The notes beneath the pieces were generated by a model. That model was not told the origin of the DNA and made no database searches. It was given only the letters and a program-made list of their open reading frames with translations. Below, in pieces: positions 39,687-51,835 of a stretch of 64,000 bases of DNA. Source of the DNA: Octopus bimaculoides (Eukaryota); assembly GCF_001194135.2 (NCBI RefSeq), contig NC_068988.1, positions 55,132,870 through 55,196,869 of the forward strand, given 5' to 3'. Made by a program: the position numbers and the translations under genes. Within the stretch, counting starts at the first letter, position 1; every line of letters begins with the position of its first letter.

Positions 39687-41642
39687 AGTGAAGATTGGTG
39701 AAAGGAAGGGTGTCTGGCCATAGAAAATCTGCCTCAGTGAATTCCTTCTGATCCATGAAAGAATGGAAAAGTTGTTGTTAAAGAGATAATGTGTGTGTGT
39801 TTATGTAAAAGCTATTTGTATTCTGGTTTTAGAACAGATACACGGCATCTCTGGATGTTGTAAGAAGTGGTTAAATAAGCTATGTTCTCAGTGAACTTAG
39901 TTGGTGACCTAGTTCTGATTTCCATTTAAATCTACTTCATTAAGGCCCTTCAACAAGACAACACACTTTACATAACTTTATTGTACAACGATCCCTGATA
40001 CTGAAACTCTCTTGGTGAGAGAGAAATGTCCTACTGGATAGGACACCAATTGAGTTGGTCACAAGAAACAAAGAGATTAATTGTTAAAAACCCAGACATT
40101 ATGCAACCACTTTCACTCCTACTGGTGTACTTATTCCAGCCAATAATGCTACAACTATCACATCAGCCAGCATCAACACTTAACCACCATTACCACCTCT
40201 ATCAATATCAACTGCTAAAGCTAAACATCTAATATTGGTTTGAAATGTTGGCACAAGGCCAGCAATTTTGTTGGAGGGGTTAAATTGGTTGCATCGGTTA
40301 ATTGGTTAAATTGGTTACAAAGGATGAAAGACAAAGTCAACCTCGGGGGAATTTGAACTCAGAATATAGCAATGGACGAAACAATGCTAAGCATTTTGTC
40401 CAATGTGATAAAGATTCAGCCAGCCCACCACCTTAGCAACACATCTAACTCCGGTTTAAAATTTTGACACTAAGCCAGTAATTTCAGGGTAAGTGTGTAA
40501 GTCAATAAAATCAACCCCAGTGCTCAGCTGGTACTTATTTATCAACCCCAAAAGGATGAAAGGTAAAGTCAACCTCAGCAGAAATTGAACTCAAAATGTA
40601 AGGACGGATGGAATGTTGCTAAGCATTTTGCCTGGCATGCGAACATTTTTGCCAGCTCACTGCCATAGTTGCACATTTAATATTCTAATTCACCATCACT
40701 AATATTACATCATTTCTATCATAATACTGCAATAAACATAGCCCCTAAGGCAGTGAGCTGGCAGAAACATTAGCATGTCAGGCGAAAAGCTGAGCAGTAT
40801 TTCGCCTGTCATTACATTCTGAGTTCAGATTCCGCCAAGGTCAACTTTGCCTTTCGGGGTCAATTAAATAAGCACCAGTTACGCACCGGGGTTGATGTAA
40901 TTGACTTTTAATCCCTTTGTCTGTCCTTGTTTGTCTCCTCTATGTTTAGACCCCTGTGGACAATAAATAAATAAATGTTTAGCCCCCTGTGGACAATAAA
41001 GAAACAAATAAATGTAGCCCCTATTTAACCCTAAGCACAAAATCCCCCTACAGTAATGCTACCCAAACAAAACAACTATTGTGAACAGGAGAAAATGCCC
41101 ATACACACGGTGGTTTTGGTGCAACATTCTGATGAATACAAAGAACAAATACACAGAACTATTTTGTAAAGGAAATTCTAAACATTTTCACGAAGCTTAT
41201 TTTTGGTAAAACTTCCTTTACTCCTACACTCCTACATGATTAATGGTTCTTGAGAATATTTCTCACAAACCAACTTAAGAGTATCACAATGATGTGGTCA
41301 CAACATCAATGTATATATGCACATATATATTTATATATTTGCTTGCACTCACACACACATTATGTACCATTAGCAGCAGCTTATTTCCACTTTTCAGGGC
41401 AGTATTTCTTAGGTAGTGTTTCATGGCTGGATGCCCTTCCTGTCACAAATTCATTTAACCACTTCTTACAACATCCAGAGATGCCATGTATCTGTTCTAA
41501 AACCAGAATACAAATAGCTTTTACATAAACACACACACATTATCTCCTTAGCAACAACTTTACCATTCTTTCATGGATCAGAAGGAATTCACTGAGGCAG
41601 ATTTTATATGGCCAGACACCCTTCCTTTCACCAATCCTCACT
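39687..41642. repeat. 190-bp inverted repeat (39687-39876 / 41453-41642), 1576-bp spacer
   Basis: Manual alignment gives 6 mismatches in 190 bp and no indels. Confidence 0.93.
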
Positions 41643-41990
41643 GAATGTTTTTTGCTAGAGATCCTTTATTACTGGACCAGTAACTTATCCAGTGTATAAA
41701 CTGCCCATGTAAGTTATAAATTTCCTTCTTAGCTACAATGTACACTTGTGTATCTGCAGTGTGAATGTGCATAGACTTACCTATGTATGTGAGTCATCAT
41801 CATTGTTTTAACATCCACTTCCCCTGCTTGCGTGGGTCAGATGGAATTTGCTGAGGCAGATTTTCTGCATGTGGATGCTCAAAGTAATATTTTTTTCATG
41901 ACCATATATGGTTCCATGGTAGGTAGGAAATGAAGCTTGCCTATCGTGTGATGTCAAAGCAAAGAGACAGTAACACGCACGCACGCACGC

Positions 41991-41992
<2 letters not shown>

Positions 41993-42064
<72 letters not shown>
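41993..42064. repeat. (AG)n microsatellite, representative of many (AT)n, (AC)n, (ATGT)n and (ATG)n tracts, e.g. 2216-2270, 36539-36610, 39475-39540, 55580-55645
   Basis: Directly visible. Confidence 0.95.
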
Positions 42065-42069
<5 letters not shown>

Positions 42070-44712
42070 TTTCAGTTTCTGCCTATCCATTCCTCTTAAA
42101 TGGCTTTGATTAGCTTGAGGCTATTGTAGAAATTTGCCTAAGGTGCCACACAATAGCACTGAACTCAAAACCATGTGGTTGGGATGAAAACTTCTTACTT
42201 CACAGCTATTGCATTGGCAGACATTACTGATTAAAAAAGTTTCAGAACAGAATATTTAGTTGTTAACTATGTGGCTTGTTGATGTGATGATACTGATGTA
42301 CCACCAAAAAATTTAACTGGACAATTAGATCTCTAGTTCAAAATTAGCATCTTTGATGATGATGGTGATTAATCTTGATGAGATTAAGCAATTAATCTCC
42401 GTTTTCATCACTTATGTCTAATAATTTGATATGGTCAATTTCTAGTCAGGTAAACTTTTCTCCCATAGTCTGCCCTATTAACTTTCTAATCTTGCAGTAA
42501 AATTGAAATATGTTTACTTCCCTTAAATACCTTCATGTCTCTACTGTAGGCTTTATGTAACCTGGTGTACTTAATAGCATTTGTTAATTATTTGTTGCAT
42601 TTCTTGTGCATATGTTTTTAGTAGGAGAACATAAATTTCGTCTTTGTGGTTAAGATGCTAGTCTACTAATTCAAAGGTCACAAATTCAAATCTTGCTTTG
42701 AGTATAGAGTTATACTCTTAGGCAAAACTCACTAGTTTGCTCTCATCATTCAACCTTGAAAAAATTCAGAAAAACTGCCAAAAGGCACTGGCATGGCTGT
42801 GTGATTAAGAGCTTACTTCTCAACCATGTGTTCTCAGGTTCAGTTCCACTGCATGGCACCTTGGGCAAGTGTCTTCTACTAGAGCTCTGGGTTAATCAAA
42901 ATGTTGTGACTGGACATGGTAGATGGAAACTGAAAGAAACCTGTTCTATATGTGGGTGTGTGTGTGTGTAATGTGTGTACTCTTTTCAAGACAAGGGTAC
43001 ACACATGAACATCACCATCATACTAGTAATGTTGTTCATTTCCAGTCTTTTGGAAGAACATGTCTAGCCATGGCAGAATATTACCTTGCATGGAGACAGG
43101 TGAGGTTTAGCAACAGAGAGGGTGTCCAGCTGTAGAAAATCTGTCTCAGCAAATTCTGTCTGCCCCATGCAATGAAAAGTTATTTCACTGATCCCTGATA
43201 TTTTAAAGGTTAGTTTGAATTCAGATTACTAAGCTGTCAAAAGACCTTCAGCTATGATAGCAAATAGGGTTCTTTATTGTTATTCTGTCTTGAAGTTGAA
43301 CTTTAACCAATGTGTTATTATAATAAACAGTATCTTCTTTTTTGTTAATTGTTGTTTCTTGAGAAGAGCATTGTTTGTAGTTTGTGTTGGCCCTTTTAGA
43401 TAAGAATTGTCGACAGTTTGTGTTGTGAGGGAAAGTGCAGGCATGCACACGCACATACACACACATGCATGCACACTTTCTCCCTCTCTCTCACCAGAAG
43501 TGAGTTGTCATGAAATTAAGGTCTACATGTAATAAGTACAAGAGCATTTTGAAAGATAAGCATAATGTGGGTGCAGGAAGCAAAGAAGTTTTTATAATGG
43601 GTAGGTTTAACATGGAGACTATGCAGCTAATAGGCTTTGTTACGAGACCAACTCTAGACATATTCTGGGCATTAGACTCCAAAGATATGGTCCTTGCATT
43701 TAAAAAACAAAGAATTGTTTGTATAAAATTCGGTTACTTTACTGCTGTCACCGGGGCTGAATGATTTACAAACAAGTTTCCTCTGACTCATTTTTGGTTT
43801 TTCACAACTGCTGTTTGAAACTATAGTTAGTTACAGTCCTTTGAGTTTTCAGAGCTGTATGTGTCAACAGCAATATTATATTTCAAATTGCTCTGTTATT
43901 CATACTCTCGCTCTCCATATCATTGGAAACTATTTAAAATCTGAGACATGTGTACTAAATTAGTGAACCCACACTCCAACATCAATCATTCGTTTTAGTA
44001 GGTACAGGTACTCTTTTGAGGAGTTACACTTGAAGTATGCACTTGAATTGTGGCAGTAAAGGTAATTTTTTTTCTGTTATTGTTAGATACCACTCATGCC
44101 AGTCAACCATTAAGCAGAGGTAGGCGAATCTATCTTTCAGCTATTTACTTGTACTTATCTTAGTTATGCACCTAACCTTCAGAGAAACACTACTTATAAT
44201 GGAATAGTATTCTATCCTGGAAGACAATTTGTCCCTCAGCCTATCATTTTAAATACTAAAGCATAGGTCTGGTATTTGAAAATGGATTAACTTAATCACT
44301 AAATTAGATACCAATCTCTCTGTAAATATTATAGCAATCTTAAGAAATGTGGAATTTATCATTTCATGAAAATAAAAAGAAAAGTATTGTGAAGTGATTT
44401 AATAGACTTGTTGCAGTTGTACTTCAGTATTGTTCATTAGATCTAGAAGTATTTGCACTGCTTAACAGACCTGTATATTACAGATTACTAAATGGCAAAT
44501 TTGTAAACTCAGTGTAACATGAATTTTTTTTTAAAACAATGCATTCACTACATGATTCAGACGTGGCTGTGTGGCAAGAAGTTTGCTTCCCAATGACATG
44601 GTTCCAGGTTTAGTCTCACTGTGTGGCATCTTGGGCAAGTGTCTTCTGGTATAGCCAACCAGAGCCTTGTGAGTGGATTTGGTAGATAGAAACTGCAAGA
44701 AAAAAATATATA

Positions 44713-44743
<31 letters not shown>

Positions 44744-45028
44744 ATGGCAGGTGATCAAGATGTTTGGTGCATATACTGTGCTTGTGTAGACCTGTCAAGC
44801 CAAATGAGACCATAGTCATGACCAATGCCAATGTTAGGTCAAGGCACCCATGCTGGTGGCATGTAAAAAACACTGACTACACTCTCAGAGTGGCTGGCTT
44901 TAGGTAGGACATCCAACCATAGAAACCTTGCCAAATCAGATCGGAACCTGGTGCAGCTCCCCGGTTTACCAGTTTTCAGTCAAACTATCCAACCCATGCC
45001 AGCATGGAAAACTGATACTAAATGATGA

Positions 45029-45074
<46 letters not shown>

Positions 45075-47221
45075 ATGTGTGTGTTACATGGCTTAGTGGT
45101 TAGGGTGTTGCACTCATGATCATAAGATTGTGGTTTTGATTCCTGGACCAGGTGATGTGTTGTGTTCTTCAGTAGATCATATTTCATGTTGCTCTTATCT
45201 ACTCAACTGGCAAAAATGAGTGATCCTGTGATGGACCCTTGTCTGGAGGGTGGGAGGATATATACTCCACATAATCTAGAAAAAACAGCCTTATGATCCT
45301 GTGGCTCAGGAAGGATCTTTGATCCTTTTGATGTGTGTGTGTTACTGTCTTCTTGCATTGACTTCACATGACAGTTGTAAATAAGTCTCACCATCATCTA
45401 AGTGGTGTCAGTAATTTCCAATCTTCTGTGAAAACATATCTAGTAATGGGGTAATATTAACTTGCATAGAAACAGTTGAGGGTTTGGTTAATTACTTAAA
45501 ATTCTTCTCCTTATATAATCAAAGCATACAGCCCCAAAACTCAGTTGGTTCACATGCAGCATTATTACTGCTTTGCAAGCTATGAACACCACCTCAATGC
45601 ATGCAAAAATGATATCTAGAAAGCAAAATATTGTTTTCTCTCTATTGCATGGTCTATGAGTTATTTTGCTGACCAGATGCAGTTAGATTTTTTGGTTCCT
45701 TGGCAAAATGATTCCAACAAGCTTACCTGATTTCCTCTTCATCTTGCAAAAGCCACATTATCATCATCATCGTGGTGAGACTCATTTACAGTTATCATGT
45801 AAAAAGCACTTTTTGAGTGTTGGGCCTCACAGAGGCAAGGTGGCTATCACCGGTGTCATGTAAAAAGCACTTTTCGAGTGTTGGGCTTTATGGAGGCAAG
45901 GACAATGACCGAGACCTTTGGCATTATGCCGTGCATGAGAAGATGACCCATCAAGCCAAGTAAAATCGCAGATACTGGTATCATGCAAATGGCACCCAAG
46001 CTGGTTGCACGTAAAAGCACCCATTACACTCTTGGAGTGGTTGGCATTAGGAAGGGCATACAGCTGTAGAAACCATGCTAAATCAAACTGGATTCTGGTG
46101 CAGCCTTCCAGCTTGCCAGCCCATGTCAAACTGTCCAACCCATGCCAGCATGGACAACAGATGTTAAATGATGATGTGAAAACTCTGCTCACTTCAACTA
46201 AAAAGAAAAAAAAAAATCATCTTGTTCTAAAGTTGTCCTTTGTCATCCTCAAGCAGTGCTCCTGAACTGGTACTTATTATCTCTCAAAATTTGGTTGGTG
46301 TTAGGAAGAGCATCCAACCATAGAAACTATGCCAAAGCAGATAGTGGAGTTTGGTGCAGTCTGCTGGCTCACTGGCTTCAGTTGAATGCATGCCAGCATG
46401 GAGAATGAGTGTTAAATGGTGATGATAATGAGGATGATTTTCATTGTCTCCATAGGTTTCTACCCCTTCTTTTGGAAACATACATCAGGTCCCAAGCCCA
46501 AAGAGAGCAACCTGTATTTGTAAGTGAAGAATTGTAATTCATGCCCCATAGGGTTCTTGTATTTTTATCATTTTCCCTCCAAATTTTATGTATATATGTA
46601 AAAAAGCACCCAGTACACTCTGTAAAGGTTGGTGTTAGGAAGGGCATCTAGCCATAGAAGCCATATCAAAACACATGACTGGAGTCTAGTGCTGCCCTGT
46701 GGCCTGCCAGCTCCTGTCAAACTGTCTGACCCATGCCAGCATGGAAAATGGACATTAAATGATGATGAGTGCTGTGATGTGATTTCATTATTGCAGTTTC
46801 TTTTATAACTATTGCTTTGTTAACCCCATCCTTTTAAATACGGACCTCTGAAATACCTCTACAACAAATGTTTTTGACCAATGCACTGGCGTATTTGTTT
46901 GATGCATATGACCTGCAAGTATTTTAGAAATCCTGCGAGTTTGTTGAGAATCTACTGCTGTTTGGATTGGTTTTGCATATTTTTGTTACTGAATTCTTAA
47001 TGACTTATTGCTATATCACAAAAAACAACATAGTGTGTGTGTGTGTGTGTGTGTAATGCTTTGCTCTTGACCATCAACAATGATTTGAATTCGGTTCTTG
47101 CCTGACATATTTCTTTTACTCAATGAAAGTGTGTGGATGAGTTGGAATGGGACAGGTTTCTGGAAATCATTTCTTAGAATGATACTTTCATCTTTATATT
47201 TCATTTACTCTGTGTGTGCGC

Positions 47222-47275
<54 letters not shown>

Positions 47276-47467
47276 NNNNNNNNNNNNNNNNNNNNNNNNN
47301 NNNNNNNNNNNNNNNNNNNNNNNNNNNNNNNNNNNNNNNNNNNNNNNNNNNNNNNNNNNNNNNNNNNNNNNNNNNNNNNNNNNNNNNNNNNNNNNNNNNN
47401 NNNNNNNNNNNNNNNNNNNNNNNNNNNNNNNNNNNNNNNNNNNNNNNNNCAGAGGTAGAGTAATATG

Positions 47468-47538
47468 CTTTATTTAAAAGCAGCAGAAATATAATAAAAA
47501 ACAGTCTTTTGTTATATTTCTGCTGCTTTTAAATAAAG
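47468..47538. repeat. Perfect 27-bp-arm palindrome with 17-nt loop
   Basis: Arms are CTTTATTTAAAAGCAGCAGAAATATAA and TTATATTTCTGCTGCTTTTAAATAAAG. Confidence 0.9.
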
Positions 47539-47601
47539 TGTATATGTATGTATGGCAGGTTTGTCTTTTGTAGAAATGTTATGATGTATATTTCATATCT
47601 A

Positions 47602-48146
47602 CAGGGTGCAATGAGTAAATTGTTGTCATATTAAATTTATAATTTCACACATGTGCATTGTTTGTTTTTGATTTTGTTGACTACCCAATATAATAGGGTC
47701 AGCTGGGCACCCTCTGTGAGAAAAGCAGCACCATGATGCAATTCACTCTGCCAGAAATTTGGAAATGACATGCTGTATGCTTGGCATTTGTGCTGGAAGC
47801 TCCAATATGAACATCTCGGAGTGTTTGGGTGTCAATCTGAGGACATGTACTGAGAGTGATAAAAATCAAACATCCAGTCAACATCATGGTGTTTGGAGTG
47901 ATCACTAGTGATGGCGATGTTATGCTTCCATTCATCTTCAAGGAATCTGCCCAGAAAAATTGCAAGAAGTTCTGCAGTCATCTGGAGGCCGTGGTTGAAA
48001 CCAATGGTGATTTTATTGAATAAATTTACTCTTTAGTATTTCAAGATTTATTTATGTAATTTTGGTAAATATATCTGTTAAAATGAGATGTCAGTGTTAT
48101 TTTCATTTTTGCGTAATTTAGATGACAGTTTATTCACCACACCCTG
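47602..48146 (+). mobile_element. Internally deleted Tc1/mariner element
   Basis: Ends are TA|CAGGGTG...CACCCTG|TA with ~26-bp imperfect TIRs. Internal peptides KHPVNIMVFGVITSDGDVMLPFIF and CKKFCSHLEAVVETNGDFIE* are typical of DDE/D transposases. Confidence 0.85.
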
Positions 48147-49939
48147 TATTTCATAAAAATCTATATCATAAATACATTCTTTTTAATCATTTTCTCCTAT
48201 ATACATAAAAAAAAACAAAAAAAAAGCAACAAAAACAAACAAAAAATCATTCTTTATGTATGTTGCTTTTCTTCTCTTTGAAGATAATTTCTGCTTGGTG
48301 AGTTATTTCTGCTGCGTCAAGAGATTTTTGCTTTTATTACTGTACCATATCCCTATCATAGCTTTTAGATTAGACAGTTTAAGTTTTAACCAATGATACA
48401 CTGTTAACCAATATTATTAACTGCTATTGAATGCTGTAGTGCCTGATCTAAATAGCATTTGTTTTTGTATACATATAGCTTATAGGCACAGATGTGGCTC
48501 TGTGGTTGAGAAACTTGATTTCCAATCATAGGCTTGGGTTCAGTCCTACTGCGTGGCACCTTGAGCAAGTGTTTTCTATTGTAGCCTCAGGCCTTGTGAG
48601 TGGATTTGGTTTGTAGAAACTGAAAGGAGCCCATCTTGTAAGTGTGTGTGTATGTACTCTTTTGTTGACATCACGTGATGTTTGTAAAATAAGCATGTCA
48701 ATTGTTTCCAGTCTTCTGTGAAAAATATTTGGCCTTTGGAAATATCACCTTGTTTGGAAACAGGTCAAACCCATGCAAGTGTGGAGAAGTGGATGTTAAA
48801 TGATGACGATGATGAAGAATTATGGACAAAGAAAAAGCATTGGAAAGAAATCTAGTAAGAGACATTAGATGTTATAACAAAAAAGTAAATTAAAAAATGA
48901 GCCAGAAGGAAGATGATTTAGGATGGACAAGATGATGTGGCAGTTTGAGAAGCATATCCTGAACTAAAGCATTTGAAAAAGGAATATGTCATAGGGCTTT
49001 TGCAAATTTTAAATAAGGCTAAAGGATTTCACAATGGAACAAGAATCCTGTGACCCATTTATGTGAACACATGACTAAAGTTGACAGTGTAACAGAATAT
49101 GAACTTTATGGAAAGCATGTAATTTGGGGCAAAAGTTAAACTGAGATCTTCTCATACCACTCTGTTACTTAACCTTTTTACATGCTTGCAGTTTCCAGTT
49201 CAAGTAGGTTTCACAATGACATCAATAACTCTCATTGTCAATTATTGAGTAAAATAGTTCTGCTCTTCCTAACTGATTTATTTATTTGCGCTCTAACAGT
49301 TGTATGTAGCACTGTTGAAAAAAACTATGCAGGGTGCTGGAGGTATTGTAACAATGTTGAAAAGAAAGAAAATGGCATTGAAGTTTTCTAGTGTTAAAAC
49401 TTCCTTAAATTTTATACTGTCTTTTCTTTCTTTTATCTTTTACTTGTTTCAGTAGTTAGACCGTGGCCATATTGACCCTGGTATTTATTCTGTCAGTGTC
49501 TTTTTTTGAACTGCTAAGTTGTGGGGATGTACACAAATCAACACCTGTTGCCAAGTAATGATGGGGTAAGGTGGAGGGACACAGACATACACATGAACAC
49601 ACACACACACACACTACAGGCTCCACACAGTTTCTTATTTGTTTATTGCCCACAAGGGGCTAAACATAGAGGGGACAAACAAGGACAGACAAAGGAATTA
49701 AGTCGATTACATCGACCCCAGTGTGTAACTGGTACTTAATTTACCGACTCCCGAAAGGCTGAAAGGCAAAGTTGAACTCAGAACGTAACAGCAGACGAAA
49801 TACCGTTAAGCATTTCGCCTGGTGTGCTAACGTTTCTGCCAGCTTGCCACACAGTTTCTGTCTACCAAATTCACTGACAAAGTATTGGTTGGTTCTGGTC
49901 TATAGTAGTTATTGATTTTATATATTGTTTCTTTCACAG

Positions 49940-50428
49940 GGAAGCTTTAATTTCAAAATCTTCAATCTTTGAATTAAAAAAAGTAAAATAGAAATATTAA
50001 AAGAATGAGATTGTTAAAATTGTTAATTACATTGAGTTAGCTATTAAAATTGAAGTTGTTTTTCTCACTCTGCTCTTCCATGAAAGCTAGTTACGCAACT
50101 TCTATTGCATACAAAAGTGAGACTGTTATCTCAAAGGAAAGAGTGCTATCAAAGTTTTTTGAATTCAGGGAAGAACATTCTGCTTTACATGTCTGAAGAG
50201 TCTGAACTGGCTAGTCTGTTTAGTGATAAGGTGTGATGTTATAAAACTTTATTCTTAGCGGACATGTTCAATGCATTGAAAGCAGCAAAAATATGCAGAG
50301 AAAGAATGAAAATATTCTTAGTTGATAAAAATGATTTTTACTGACAAAATTATTTTTTTACGGACCAACTAACATTGAGAAAAATCTGAATAAAAAAAAA
50401 AGAAGAGCTGATAAAATCTTCAAAACTG

Positions 50429-50463
<35 letters not shown>

Positions 50464-50815
50464 TGTTGAATTAATTCTGCAAAGTTTGTCACTGCTTAGT
50501 AAAAATATTGAAAAGTCTCTTTTTTTCACTTGATGTACCTTCATGGATTGAGTGATCCATTTGCATTGAGGGTAATACTAGAAATCATGTAGAATTAAAA
50601 TTGTGATGCTCTTGGAGAGACTTCCTAGTTGCCTTTAGCAGGAATACCTCCATTATCACAATGCATGCACTTAAAGCACTCCTTCCGTTCTCAGTTTCAT
50701 ACCTTTGTGAAACTGGTTTTTCTACTATGTACACAATCAAAAACAGGTACAGGTCATTGCTTCAAACACTAGAGGAGGAATTTAGGGTATGCCTGTCACT
50801 TGTCCAGGAGATATC
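49940..50815 (+). mobile_element. hAT (ZBED5/SCAND3-like) transposase remnant
   Basis: HTKVRLLS...VLSKFFEFREE resembles HTEVRWLS. ALKALLPFSVSYLCETGFSTMYTIKNRYRS is the hAT dimerisation domain. Confidence 0.8.
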
Positions 50816-51587
50816 ATGAAATGTTAACAATCACAAGTTTTCTCCTAATTATAAAATATTATAAATTATTATCATTACAATATTATAAAAACTTTTTATT
50901 CATATGTATATTTTTAAATATATTTCTGTACTGGTTTTATAGTTAGTGTAAATAGAAAACATTAATATACGGCTGTTGCTGGCTGTGTGGTTAAGAAGTT
51001 AACTTCCCAACCATGTATCTTCAGGTTTGGTCCCACTGCATGGTACCTTGGGCAAGTATCTTCTATATTTCTGTGCTGGCTAAAGCCTGAGAGGAACCTG
51101 TTGGGGTGTGTGTGTGTGTCCATCCATATGATAATTATAAACCAGCATTATTGTCTTACAAGCCAAGTGAAATTGTAGTCATGGCTAATGCTGGTGTCAC
51201 ATAGCTGGCACCTGTGCTGGTGGCATGTAAAAGCACCTTTCGAGTGTTGGGCCTCACAGAGGCAAAGTGGCTGTGCTCCTTTCAAGGCAATGACCGAGAC
51301 CTTTGGCATTATGTCATGCATGAGAAGAAGGCCTATCGAGCCAAATAAAATTGTAGTCACAGCAGATACCGGTGTCACACAAATGGCACCCATGCCAGCA
51401 GCACGTAAAAGCACCCATTACACTCTTGGAGTGGTTGGCATTAGATAGAGCATCCAGCCGTAGAAACCATGCCAAATCAGACTGGAGTCTGATGCAGCTT
51501 TCCAGCTTGCCAACCTTGGTCAAACCACCCAACCCATGGCAGCATGGATAATGGACGTTAAATGATGATGATGATGATGACAAACAT

Positions 51588-51627
<40 letters not shown>

Positions 51628-51723
51628 NNNNNNNNNNACAGCTGGGCGCAATATAATACCATAAAAGAAAAATTTTATCGTCACTAATTGTGACCAAGGG
51701 TGCTGAAGATATGCATACATACA

Positions 51724-51758
<35 letters not shown>

Positions 51759-51767
51759 ATGTATATA

Positions 51768-51835
<68 letters not shown>

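Larger units (their letters stand above)
2575..51637. other. Assembly gaps: 2575-3165, 3986-4791, 14360-14617, 30998-31063, 47276-47449, 51628-51637
   Basis: Runs of N, mostly flanked by microsatellites. Confidence 0.99.

Noticed and set aside
43510-43764. 84-aa ORF with IMGRFN (GDFN-like) motif
   Set aside because: At best a decayed LINE endonuclease fragment; too weak to call.
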